Made by a program: the position numbers and the translations under genes
DNA from: Okamejei kenojei
Taxonomy: Eukaryota
DNA: 64,000 nt
Reading direction: 5' to 3'
NCBI GenBank assembly: GCA_035221665.1
Contig: CM069162.1
Coordinates: 16,182,001-16,246,000 of the forward strand
Notes under the pieces: generated by a model
What the model was told of the DNA's origin: nothing
The model's database searches: none
The model's input: only the letters and a program-made list of their open reading frames with translations
In this document: positions 1 through 13,300 of the stretch, piece after piece
How positions within the stretch are numbered: the stretch's first letter is position 1
Layout: each line of letters starts with the position of its first letter

Positions 1-897
1 TCCCAGTCCTCTGGTATGCTGTTTTTTCTGGCTTTGTACGCATCATCTTTGTTTACCAACGCTGATTTCCCTTGTTATCCCACGGATGCACTACCTTCCC
101 CGATTTATTCTTTTGTCCAAACTGGGATGAACAATTTTTGCAGTTCATCCACGCAGTCTTTAAATGTTTTCCATTGTATATCCACCGTCAACCCTTTTAG
201 AATTATTGCCAGTCAATCTTGGCCAATTCACGTCTCATACCCTCAAAGTTACCTTTCTTTAAGTTCGGAACCATTGTTTCTGAATTAACAATGTCACTCT
301 CCATCCTAATGAAGAACTCAACCATATTATGGTCACTCTTGCCCAAGGGAGCACGTACAACAAGACTGCTAACTATCCCTTCATCATTACTCAAAACCCA
401 GTCTAAAATAGCCTGCTCTCTCGTTGGTTCCTCTACATGTTGATTTAGATAACTATCCCGCATACATTCCAAAAATCCTCTTCCTCAGCACCCCTGCCAA
501 TTTGATTCACCCAATCTATATGTAGATTGAAGTCACCCATTATAACTGTTTTGCCTTTGTCGCACGCATTTCTAATTTCCTCTTTGATACCATCCCCAAC
601 TTCACTGCTACTGTTAGGTGGCCTGTACACAACACCCACCAGGGTTTTCTGCCCTTTAGTGTTTTGCAGCTCTACCCATACCGATTCCACATCCTCCAAG
701 CTAATGTCCTTCCTTTCCATTGCGGTAATCTCCTCTCTAACCAGCAATGCTCCCCCACCTCCTTTTCCTTTCTCTCTATCCCTCCTGAATATTGAATATC
801 CCTGGATGTTCAATCCCAGCCTACTTCACCCTGGAGCCATGTCTCCGTGATCCCAACTATATCATAATCATTAATATCTATCTGCACGTTAGCTGAG
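1..897 (-). mobile_element. CR1-clade LINE (HER1-like), endonuclease portion; continues off the window
   Basis: ORFs 445..813 and 203..472 have APE motifs (YRPP, MGDFN, SDH). Same 5' truncation point as the other two array copies. Confidence 0.9.
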
Positions 898-1289
898 TAA
901 GATGAAATAGAACAAGTCCAACAACTTTAGGCTGTGCACGCCACACGAAAGAAGAAGTAGAAGGAGTCATAGATGTGGCCTTCAAACCTGCTCCGCCATT
1001 GATCAAGTTCACTGATAATTTACTAGGTCAGCCCTATTTTCAAGCACTATTAATATATCCTTTTAACGACTGAAAAACAAGGAATAATTACTCAATATAG
1101 CTCAAATGCTCTCTGGGAAGAAGAATTCCAAACAGTCACCACCGTCTGAGTGAAGAAAATTGTCATATATCACTCCCAAAATATCTTCTTCTTATTCTGA
1201 GCCAGTGGTGTGTACACCTGAAGTCCTCAATGAGTGAGATAATTTTCCATTCCACAAATCTCCAGTGAAAACAGTTCTTAATAGACAAC

Positions 1290-1660
1290 AGATAATAGAC
1301 AATAGGTGCAGACGTAGGCCGGTTGGCCCTTCTTGCCAGCACCGCCATTCAATGTGATCATGGCTGATAATCCCAAATCAGTACCCCGTTTCTGCCTTCT
1401 CCCCATATCCACTGGCTATTTTTAAGAGCCCTATCTAGCTCTCTCTTGAAAGCATCCAGTGAAACTGCCTCCACCGCCCTCTGAGGCGGAGAATTCCACA
1501 AACTCACCACTCTCAGTGAGAAAAAGTGTTTGCTCATCTCCATTCTAAATGGCTTACTCCTTATTCTTAAACTGTGGCCCCCTGGTTCTGGACTCCCCCA
1601 ACACCGGGAACATGTTTCCTTCCTCTAGCGTGTCCAAACCCTTAACAATCTTATATGTTT
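1290..1660 (-). mobile_element. Old CR1 3'-end fragment, present once per array unit (also about 5050, 6280, 13060, 19860, 23800, 27780)
   Basis: Translates to [12 protein letters not shown]...AFKRELD, followed by a CR1 3' UTR with a (ctattgt)n-like tail. Confidence 0.8.
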
Positions 1661-1804
1661 CAATATGTTTATGTTCCCAACTGAAGAAGGGTTCCGTTCA
1701 GAATCATCACCCAGCCATGTGCTCCAGAGATGATGCATGACCCACAGAGTTGCTCCAGCTTTTTGTCTTGTTGTATGTTCCTTGATAAGATGATAAATGT
1801 AGAC

Positions 1805-1952
1805 AACACTCGAGTTTGAAGAAGGGTCTCGACCCGAAACGTCGCCTATCTCCTTCGCTCCTTAGATGCTGCTGCACCCGTTGAGTTTCTCCAGCTTTTT
1901 GTGTACCCTCGATTCTCCAGCATCTGCAGTTCCTTCTTTAACACTCGAGTTT
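1805..1952 (+). mobile_element. Short Penelope-pLTR-derived repeat with a hammerhead-like core, flanked by the 13-bp direct repeat aacactcgagttt (one copy per array unit)
   Basis: tgaagaagggtc-tc-gacccgaaacgtc core; direct repeats at 1805-1817 and 1940-1952; homologous to the pLTR of the Penelope fragment at 61.6 kb. Confidence 0.7.
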
Positions 1953-2079
1953 CTGTCTAACTGAACACCTGGTAATCTGCAGTCGCAGTTTTTGTAACTT
2001 ACTATGAAGTGGAATTTGCAACACACTGGGTGAAGTTGGGTAAGAAGATTGATATCTATAATGCAAAGCCTATACTTAC

Positions 2080-4349
2080 CAGGAGGTTTGGTAATATCAC
2101 CTAAAAGCAGAAACAAACAATTCAGTTATTTAACATTTGAAACATGTTCAGAGATAACAAATTTCAGTCAATACCTGCCCCATCAGTGAAAGAGTCTTAA
2201 GGAAGAGTCTTAAGTTAGACTTGAAAGCTTTGTAATGGAACTCCTGCTAACCTTGTCGGGCATTGCTTACATGCAGCAATATTTCTCTTCAGACCGCATC
2301 ACATACTCATGTACATCGTGACCTGCTCACACTCCCATCACACTATTCACTGTTCCGCCCATCACTTCACCTTTCTCTTCTTGTCCCATATTTGCATATA
2401 GGTGACAGTTGTCTCTCATCATCGCCATTGGTCCTGAACCCTTCCCATCTGTCGTCGTCACTCCCTCCTCAATAAAATCCCAGGTTTGTGAATTACCAGC
2501 TCCTCCCAAGTCCCAGAATCAGCCTCCAAAATTCATGTCTCGTTTCCCCTGGACCTCCACATGTCTCTCCCACCTCCTGCAATCAGGAATCATACGTGGC
2601 AGAATAATCAAATGACACTTCAGTGAGTCACAATCCTCAGTTGAAGAAGTGCAGCCAGAGGACCAGAGAAACGCAGAAGTCACTCCATTGTACATGAGAG
2701 GTGCAAAGATAATCCCCAAAATGACTGGCCTTTACAATGATTTCACAGATCAAACATAAAGTTGATGAGGGTACTCATGTTGCCTTCTAAAACATATATC
2801 GGAATATAAGATAAGAACCTAAGAATTAGGAGCAGGCTTCAGAGATTTGGCCCTAGGAACCTGTTCCATCATTCATTTAAATAATTGGCAATCTTCTACC
2901 ACAGAATCATTGTTCAACACTATCAATGTATCCTTTAATGTGCAGAAAATTAATCATCTCTTTTGATTGAACCTCCATTGCTCTCTGGAACGGAGGATTC
3001 TATACATTCAACAGCTTATTAGTGAAGAAATGATTCCTGTTTCAGTCCCAAATATCTTCATTCTATTCTGAGACCCGGTGCCTGTAATATGGACTCCTCA
3101 TGGAATGAGATAACTTCCCATTCCACAAATCTCTGGACAAAACAAATCAGGTCTAAAGAGGGTTCCTGACCCGAAACGTCACCATTCCCCGCTCTCCAGA
3201 TATCATGCCTAAGCCACTGAGTTGCTGCAGCGTTTTTTTTTTTTTTTTTTGTAAAACACCGTCTGTAGTTCTTTGTATCCCTAGTCTTTTCAACCTTTCC
3301 TCATGTGGTGAATCGCAATTTCTGTAACCTTTGCAGTGATACTTCCCTCCATGGTAGGCATAATTTATGTTCCTCGATAAGATGATAACTGCAGACAACT
3401 CTCGAGGTTCAGTCTCATCGAAGCCCCCATAATTGGTTGTAGCAGTTTTTTAACTAAATTATTATGAAGCGGACATTAAAACTAATTTGAGGAAGCTCTT
3501 AGAGAGCTTTGAAATTGCTGTATTTTTTGCACTGTTTATAATGTGAGGTCAATACTCACTTGGAGGTGTGGTAACATCACCTAAAAGCAGAAACAAACAA
3601 TGCAGTTAATTACTGGATCATTGGAAACATGTTCTGAATTAATCAATGTCATTCAATACCTGCCCCTTCTGTGGAAGAGTCAGCACACCACACCACACAT
3701 TGGCCTCATCAACCTCTTCAGACCCCAGAGTAGCAGAGAGGAGGCATGCAACCCTTCATCCCAAGGGACAGTCAAGAAAGTTTAATGAATGTTTAAGATT
3801 TGGTCAAATTTATTATAGGAAAGTAAGGAAATCAGCTAATAGAGAGCTAGGAGGAGGTAGTCGAGTAAAGGGTGAGCCGTGATTACAGTCAGAGTTGTCA
3901 TCAGCTCCACTCCTAATTCCGTAACTAATATTAACAAATAAAGTTTTACAATTGCCTCATACTCACAAAAGGAATCGGGGCAGGTGAATCGTATTCTGTA
4001 ATCTTGACATGAGCCATCACGTTGGTTGCTGTTCATACAAAAGAATCCAGTAGAAACGTTGCAACTGTTGAGTAGAATGTAGGGAGGTGTGATAAAGTAG
4101 TTAATAAAACTACTGATGCTCTTTGAATGAAATAATAAAAGTGCAATATTATGGCCGGCTATATTTTGTACCTGGCAATGTTCTCTCCAGTCTGTGAGGC
4201 CGGAATCCCTGACGTTGTCTCCACCTCACAGGCGATTGGATCCGTGCAGATCTGATCGGGATTTTCAGTTCGCAGATTGGGGAATATTTCATAGTCTCCA
4301 ATTCCTGATGGGTCATCACGGTCAAACCACGGAGTTTTGCAATTCCCTA
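2080..4349 (-). CDS. WxxW domain 7: exon A 4172-4349, exon B 3967-4064, micro-exons 3560-3580 and 2080-2100
   Basis: Intact 178/98/21/21-nt exons. Confidence 0.87.
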
Positions 4350-7300
4350 CTGAAGAGCAGAAAGAGAAAGTGGATTCAAAGTTTACATTGGGTCTTACAA
4401 ACCAGAAAGGGTTGTTGTGGAACTGTCAAGTGTCCAGTGACAAGAGTGTTTTATTGTCATACAGTATGTCCCAGATAGAACAATGCAATTGTTACTTGCA
4501 GCAGCAATATAGAAACAAGAAAAATGTTCAGACTCTATGATGGAACTAACATCACACAGGACGTTAATACGGGTACTCTAGTTCCTTCTAAAATGTAGAT
4601 CAGAATTTTAGATGAGAAAGTGAGAATTAGGAGCCGGAGTCATAGATAAAATGGGAAGATGAAAATAGAACAAGTTGCCCAACAACTTAGGCTGTGCACG
4701 CCACACAAAAGAGGAATGTAGGAGTCATAGATGTGGCCTTCAAAACCTGCTCCGCCATTGATCAAGATCACTGATAATTTACTAGGTCAGCCCTATTTTC
4801 TAGCATAAAAAAATCCTTTTTAACATCTGAAAAAAAAGTAATAATTTACTCAATATAGCTCAAATGATCTCTGGGAAGAAGAATTCCAAACAGTCCACCA
4901 CCATGTCTGAGTGAAGAAAACGGTCATATTTCAGTCCCAAAATACTTCTTCTTATTTCTGAGCCAGTGGTGTACACCTGAAGTCTTCAATGAGTGAGATA
5001 ATTTTCCATTCCGCAAATCCTTCAGAGAAAAAAGCAGTTCTCACTATAGACTAAACTGATAATAGACAGTAGGCCGGTTGGCCCTTCTTGACAGCACCGC
5101 CATTTAATGTGATCATGGCCTGATCATCCCAAATCAGTACCCCGTTCCTGCCTTCCCCCATATCCACTGGCTAATTTTTAAGAACCCTATCTAGCCTCTC
5201 TTGAAAGCATCCAGTGAAACTGCCTCCAACCCCTCTGAGGCGGTGAATTCCATAGACACCAATCTCTTCAGTGAGAAAATGTGTTTGTCATCTCCATTCT
5301 AAATGGCTTACTCCTATTCTTAAACTGTGGCCCCCTGGTTCTGGACTCCCCATCTTAAAAAGGGAGTTTCCTTCCTCTAGCGTGTCCAAACCTAAAACAA
5401 TCTTATATGTTTCAATATGATGTTCCCAACCTGAAGAAGGGTCCCCTGCTATTCAGAATTCATCACCCAGTATGTCTTCCAGAGATGATGCATGACCTAC
5501 AGAGTTGACTCCAAGCCTTTTTGTCTCTTTATTTAGAAAACATCTGCAGTTCTTTTATGTTCCCTGGTTATTTGTAATATATCCTTTGTAGAATCACAAT
5601 GTCTGCAACCAAACCAGTGATATAGTGATGTACGTTCTTTCCCAAACTGGAGAGCAATTGCAACAAAAGTTTTCATTGTCCCTCGGTACACGTGACAACA
5701 AATTAAACTAAACTAACTTCTAAACTGATCATACCCCCTTCTTTCAAGCACGAAGTATGTTCCTTGATAAGATGATAAATGTAGACAACACTCTTTGAAG
5801 AAGGGTCTCGACCCGAAACGCCTATCTCCTTTGCTCCTTTAGATGCTGCTGCACCCGCCAATTTGATTTCCCAGATGTTTGGGTTCCCTGATTTTCCATC
5901 TGCAAGTGTGAACCACCTGGTAGCTATCACTGGTGGAATTTCTCAACACACTGGGTGAAGTGGGTAAGAAGATTGATATCTATAATGCAAGGCCTATACT
6001 TACCAGGAGGTTTGGTAATATCACCTTAAAGCAGAAACAAACAATTCAGTTATTTAACATTTTAACAACTGAAAAAAAAGTAATAATTACTCAATATAGC
6101 TCAAATGATCTCTGGGAAGAAGAATTCCAAACAGTCACCACTGTCTGAGTGAAGAAAATGGTCATATTTCAGTCCCAAAATACCTTCTTCTTATTCTGAG
6201 CCAGTGGTGTATACACCTGAAGTCTTCAATGAGTGAGATAATTTTCCATTCCGCAAATCTCCAGAGAAAGCAGTTCTCAATAGACAACTGATAATAGACA
6301 GTAGGCCGGTTGGCCCTTCTTGTCAGCACCGCCATTTAATGTGATCATGGCTGATCATCCCAAATCAGTACCCCGTTCCTGCCTTCTCCCCATATCCACT
6401 GGCTATTTTTAAGAACCCTATCTTGCTCTCTCTTGAAAGCATCCAGTGAAACTGCCTCCACCGCCCTCTGAGGCGGAGAATTCCATAGACACCACTCTCA
6501 GTGAGAAAAAAAGTGTTTGCTCATCTCCATTCTAAATGGCTTACTCCTTATTCTTAAACTGTGGCCCCCTGGTTCTGGACTCCCCCAACATCGGGAACAT
6601 GTTTCTTCCTCTAGTGTCCAAACCCTTAACAATCTTATTTGTTTCAATATGTTTATGTTCCCAACTGAAGAAGGGTTCCGTTCAGAATCATCACCCCAGC
6701 CATGTGCTCCAGAGATGATGCATGACCCACAGAGTTGCTCCAGCTTTTTCTCTTATTTTAAACCAGCATCTGCAGTTCTTTGTATCCCTGGTTATTTAAA
6801 TATATCCTTACTGTATGTAGCAAATCACAATGTCTGCAACCAAACCAGTGATTATAGTGATGTATTGTCTTTCCCCAGACTGAGAGCATGCAACAAAAGT
6901 TTTTCATTGTTCGGTACACGTGACAACAAAGTAAACTAAACCTAAACTAATCTACTCCCCTTCATATTCAAGCACGAAAGTATGTTCCTTGATAAGATGA
7001 TAAATTGTAGACAACACTCGAGTTTGAAGAAGGGTGTCTCGACCCGAAACGTCGCCTATCTCCTGCTCCTTAGATGCTGCTGCACCCGCTGAGTTTCTCC
7101 AGATGTTTGTGTACCCTCGATTCTCCAGCATCTGCAGTTCCTTCTTTAACACTCGAGTTTCTGTCTCACTGAACACCTGGTAATCTGCAGTCACAGTTTT
7201 TGTAACTTACTATGAAGTGGAATTTACAACACACTGGGTGAAGTTGGGTAAGAAGATTGATATCTATAATGCAAGGCCTATACTTACCAGGAGGTTTGGT

Positions 7301-10300
7301 AATATCACCTGAAAGCAGAAACAAACAATTCAGTTATTTAACATTTGAAACATGTTCAGAGATAACAAATTTCAGTCAATACCTGCCCCATCAGTGAAAG
7401 AGTCTTAAGGAAGAGTCTTAAGTTAGACTTGAAAGCTTTGTAATGGAACTCCTGCTAACCTTGTCGGGCATTGCTTACATGCAGCAATATTTATCTTCAG
7501 ACCGCATCACATACTCATGTACATCGTGACCTGCTCCCACTCCCTTCACACTATTCACTGTTCCGCCCATCACTTCACCTTTCTCTTCTTGTCCCATATT
7601 TCCTGCTATTGGTGACAGTTGTCTCTCATCATCGCCATTGGTCCTGAACCCTTCCCATCTGTCGTCGTCACTCCCCTCCTCAATAAAATCCCAGGTTTGT
7701 GAATTACCAGCTCCTCCCAAGTCCCAGAATCAGCCTCCAAAATTCATGTCTCGTTTCCCCTGGACCTCCACATGTCTCTCCCACCTCCTGCAATCAGGAA
7801 TCATACGTGGCAGAATAATCAAATGACACTTCAGTGAGTCACAATCCTCAGTTGAAGAAGTGCAGCCAGAGGACCAGAGAAACGCAGGTCACTCCATTGT
7901 ACATGAGAGGGGCAAAGATAATCCCAAAAATGACTGGCCTTTACAATGATTTCACAGATCAAACATAAAGTTGATGAGGGTACTCATGTCGCCTTCTAAA
8001 ACATATATCGGCATATAAGATAAGAACCTAAGAATTAGGAGCAGGCTTCAGAGATTTGGCCCTAGGAACCTGCTCCATCATTCATTTAATTAATTGGCAA
8101 TCTTCTACCACAGATTCATTGTTCAACACTATCAACGTATCCTTTAATGTGCAGAAAATTAATCATCTCTTCTGATTGAACCTCCATTGCTCTCTGGAAC
8201 GGAGGATTCTATACATTCAACAGCTTATTAGTGAAGAAATGAGTCCTGTTTCAGTCCCAAATATCTTCATTCTATTCTGAGACACCGGTGCCTGTAATAT
8301 GGAGTCCTCATGGAACGAGATAACTTCCCATTCCACAAATCTCTGGACAAAACAAATCATGTCTAAAGAGGGGTCCTGACCCGAAACGTCACCATTCCCC
8401 GCTCTCCAGATATCATGCCTAAGCCACTGAGTTGCTCCAGCATTTTGTTTCTTTTTTTGTAAAACACCGTCTGTAGTTCTTTGTATCCCTAGTCTTTTCA
8501 ACCTTTCCTCATGTGGTGAATCGCAATTTCTGTAACCTTTCCAGTGATACTTCCCTCCATGGTAGGCATAATTTATGTTCCTCGATAAGTTGATAACTGC
8601 AGACAACTCTCGAGGTTCAGTCTCATCGAAGCCCCCATAATTGGTTGTAGCAGTTTTTTAACTTAATTATTATGAAGCGGACATTAAAAACTAATTTGAG
8701 GAAGCTCTTAGAGAGCTTTGAAATTGCTGTATTTGTTGCACTGTTTATAATGTGAGGCCAATACTCACTTGGAGGTGTGGTAACATCACCTAAAAGCAGA
8801 AACAAACAATGCAGTTAATTACTGGATCATTGGAAACATGTTCTGAACTAATCAATGTCATTCAATACCTGCCCCTTCTGTGGAAGAGTCAGCACACCAC
8901 ACCACACATTGGCCTCATCAACCTCTTCAGACCCCAGAGTAGCAGAGAGGAGGCATGCAACGCTTCATCCCAAGGGACAGTCAAGAAAGTTTAATGAATG
9001 TTTAAGATTGGGTCAAATTTATTATAGGAAAGTAAGGAAATCAGCTAATAGAGAGCTAGGAAGAGGTAGCCGAGTAAAGGGTGAGCTGTGATTACAGTCA
9101 GAGTTGTCATCAGCTCCACTCCTAATTCCGTAACTAATATTAACAAATAAAGTTTTACAATTGCCTCATACTCACAAAAGGAATTGGGGCAGGTGAATCG
9201 TATTCTGTAATCTTGACATGAGCCATCACGTTGGTTGCTGTTCATACAAAAGAATCCAGTAGAAACGTTGCAACTGTTGAGTAGAATGTAGGGAGGTGTG
9301 ATAAAGTAGTTGATAAAACTACTGATGCTCTTTGAATGAAATAATAAAAGTGCAATATTATGGCCGGCTATGTTTTGTACCTGGCAATGTTCTCTCCAGT
9401 CTGTGAGGCCGGAATCCCTGACGTTGTCTCCACCTCACAGGCGAGTGGATCCGTGCAGATCTGACCGGGATTTTCAGTTCGCAGATTGGGGAATACTTCA
9501 TAGTCTCCAATTCCTGATGGGTTATCACGGTCAAACCACGGAGTTTTGCAATTCCCTACTGAAGAGCAGAAAGAGAAAGTAGATTCAAAGTTTACATTGG
9601 TGCTTACAAACCAGAAAGGGTTGTTGTGGAACTGTCAAGTGTCCAGTGACAAGAGTGTTTTATTGTCATACAGTATGTCCCAGATAGAACAATGCAATTG
9701 TTACTTGCAGCAGCAATATAGAAACAAGAAAAATGTTCAGACTCTATGATGGAACTAACATCACACAGTTAATACGGGTACTCTAGTTCCTTCTAAAATG
9801 TAGATCAGAATTTTAGATGAGAAAGTGAGAATTAGGTGCAGGAACATAATCAAACGGAAGATAGAAACATAGAAACATAGAAATTATGCAGGAGTAGGCC
9901 ATTCGGCCTTCGAGCCTGCACCGCCATTCAATATGATTCATGGCTGATCATCCACTCAGTATCCCGTACCTGCCTTCTCTCCATACCCTCTGATCCCCTT
10001 AGCCACCAGGGCCACATCTAAACTCCCTCTTAAATATAGCAATGAACTGGCCTCAACTACCCTCTGTGGCAGAGAGTTCCAGAGACTCACCACTCTCTGT
10101 GTGAAAAAAGTCTTTCTCATCTCGGTCTTAAATGGATTTCCCCCTTATCCTTAAGCTGTGACCCTTGTCCTGGACTTCCCCAACATCGGGAACAATCTTC
10201 CTGCATCTAGCCTGTCCAACCCCTTAAGAATTTTGTAAGTTTCTATAAGATCCCCTCTCAATCTCCTAAATTCTAGAGAGTATAAACCGAGTTTATCCAG

Positions 10301-13300
10301 TCTTTCTTCATAAGACAGTCCTGCCATCCCAGGAATCAGTCTGGTGAACCTTCTCTGCACCCCCTCTATGGCAATAATGTCCTTCCTCAGATTTGGAGAC
10401 CAAAACTGTATGCAATACTCCAGGTGTGGTCTCACCAAGACCCTGTACAACTGAAGTAGAACCTCCCTGCTCCTATACTCAAATCCTTTTGCTATGAAAA
10501 CTAACATACCATTCGCTTTTTTCACTGCCTGCTGCACCTGCATGCTTACTTTCAATGACTGGTGTACCATGACACCCAGGTCTCGCTGCATCTCCCCTTT
10601 TTCCTAATCGGCCACCATTTAGATAATAGTCTGCTTTCCTGTTTTTGCAAAAGTGGATAACCTCACATGTATCCACATTATACTGCATCTGCCAAACATT
10701 TGCCCACTCACCCAGCCTATCCAAGTCACCTTGCTGTCTCCTAGCATCCTCCTCACAGCTAACACTGCCCCCCTTAGTGTCATCCGCAAACTTGGAGATA
10801 TTGCCTTCAATTCCCTCATCCAGATCATTAATATATATTGTAAATAGCTGGGGTTCCAGCACTGAGCCCTGCGGTACCCCCACTAGTCACTGCCTGCCAT
10901 TGTGAAAAGGACCCGTTTACTCCTACTCTTGGCGTCCTGTTTGCCAGCCAGTTCTCTATCCACATCAATACTGAACCCCTAATGCTGTATGCTTTAAGTT
11001 TGTATACTAATCTCTTATGTGGGACCTTGTCGAAAGCCTTCTGGAAGTCCAGATATACCACATCCACTGGTTCTCCCTTATCCACGCTATAGTTACATTC
11101 TCGAAAAATTCGATTCATCAGACATGATTTACCTTTCATAAATCCATGCTGACTTTGTCCAATGATTTCACCACTTTCCAAATGTGCTGTTATCCCATCT
11201 TTAATAACTGACTCTTAGCAGTTTCCCCACTACCGATGTTAGACTAACTGGTCTGTAATTCCCGTTTTCTCTCTCCCTCCCATCTTAAAAAGAGGGGTTA
11301 CGTTTGCTACCCGCCAGTCCTCAGGAACTACTCCAGAATCTAAAGAGTTTTGAAAGATTATCACTAATGCATCCACTATTTCCTGAGCTACTTCCTTAAG
11401 TACTCTGGGATGCAGCCTATCTGGCCCTGGGAATTTATCGGCCTTTAACCTATTCAATTTATCCAACACCACTTCCCGACTAACCTGGATTGCACTCAAT
11501 TCCTCCTTTGACCCGCGGTCCCCTGCTATTTCCGGCAGATTATTTATGTCTTCCTTAGTGAAGACGGAACCAAAGTAGTTACTCAATTGGTCCGCCATAT
11601 CCTTGTTCCCCATGATCAACTCACCTGTTTCTGACTGCAAGGGACCTACATTTATTTTAACTAATCTCTTTCTCTTCACATATCTATAAAAACTTTTGCA
11701 GTCAGTTTTTATGTTCCCTGCCAGTTTTCTTTCATAATCTATTTTTCCTTTCCTAATTAAGCCCTTTGTCCTCCTCTGCTGGTCTCTGAATTTCTCCCAG
11801 TCCTCTGGTATGCTGTTTTTTCTGGCTTTGCTTTGTTACCAACCCTGATTTCCCTTGTTATCCACGGATGCACTACCTTCCCCGATTTATTCTTTTGCCA
11901 AACTGGGATGAACAATTTTTGTAGTTCATCCATGCAGTCTTTAAATGTTTTCCATTGTATATCCACCGTCAACCCTTTTAGAATTAATTGCCAGTCAATC
12001 TTGGCCAATTCACGTCTCATACCCTCAAAGTTACCTTTCTTTAAGTTCAGAACCATTGTTTCTGAATTAACAATGTCACTCTCCATCCTAATGAAGAACT
12101 CAACCATATTATGGTCACTCTTGCCCAAGGGAGCACGTACAACAAGACTGCTAACTATCCCTTCATCATTACTCAAAACCCAGTCTAAAATAGCCTGCTC
12201 TCTCGTTGGTTCCTCTACATGTTGATTTAGATAACTATCCCGCATACATTCCAAAAATCCTCTTCCTCAGCACCCCTGCCAATTTGATTAACCCAATCTA
12301 TATGTAGATTAAAGTCACCCATTATAACTGTTCTGCCTTTGTCGCATGCATTTGTAATTTCCTGTTTGATACCATCCCCAACTTCACTGCTACTGTTAGG
12401 TGGCCTGTACACAACACCCACCAGGGTTTTCTGCCCCTTAGTGTTTTGCAGCTCTACCCATACCGATTCCACATCCTCCAAGCTAATGTCCTTCCTTTCC
12501 ATTGCGGTAATCTCCTCTCTAACCAGCAATGCTCCCCACCTCCTTTTCCTTTCTCTCTATCCCTCCTGAATATTGAATATCCCTGGATGTTCAATCCCAG
12601 CCTACTTCACCCTGGAGCCATGTCTCCGTGATCCCAACTATATCATAATCATTAATATCTATCTGCACGTTAGCTGAGTAAGATGAAATAGAACGTCCAA
12701 CAACTTTAGGCTGTGCACGCCACACGAAAGAAGAAAAAGGAGTCATAGATGTGGCCTTCAAACCTGCTCCGCCATTGATCAAGTTCACTGATAATTTACT
12801 AGGTCAGCCCTATTTTTGAGCACTATTAATATATCCTTTTAACGACTGAAAAACAAGGAATAATTACTCAATATAGCTCAAATGCTCTCTGGGAAGAAGA
12901 ATTCCAAACAGTCACCACCGTCTGAGTGAAGAAAATTGTCATATATCAGTCCCAAAATATCTTCTTCTTATTCTGAGCCAGTGGTGTGTACACCTGAAGT
13001 CCTCAATGAGTGAGATAATTTTCCATTCCACAAATCTCCAGAGAAAACAGTTCTTAATAGACAACAGATAATAGACAATAGGTGCAGAAGTAGGCCGGTT
13101 GGCCCTTCTTGCCAGCACCGCCATTCAATGTGATCATGGCTGATCATCCCAAATCAGTACCCCGTTTCTGCCTTCTCCCCATATCCACTGGCTATTTTTA
13201 AGAGCCCTATCTAGCTCTCTCTTGAAAGCATCCAGTGAAACTGCCTCCACCGCCCTCTGAGGCGGAGAATTCCATAGACACCACTCTCAGTGAGAAAATG

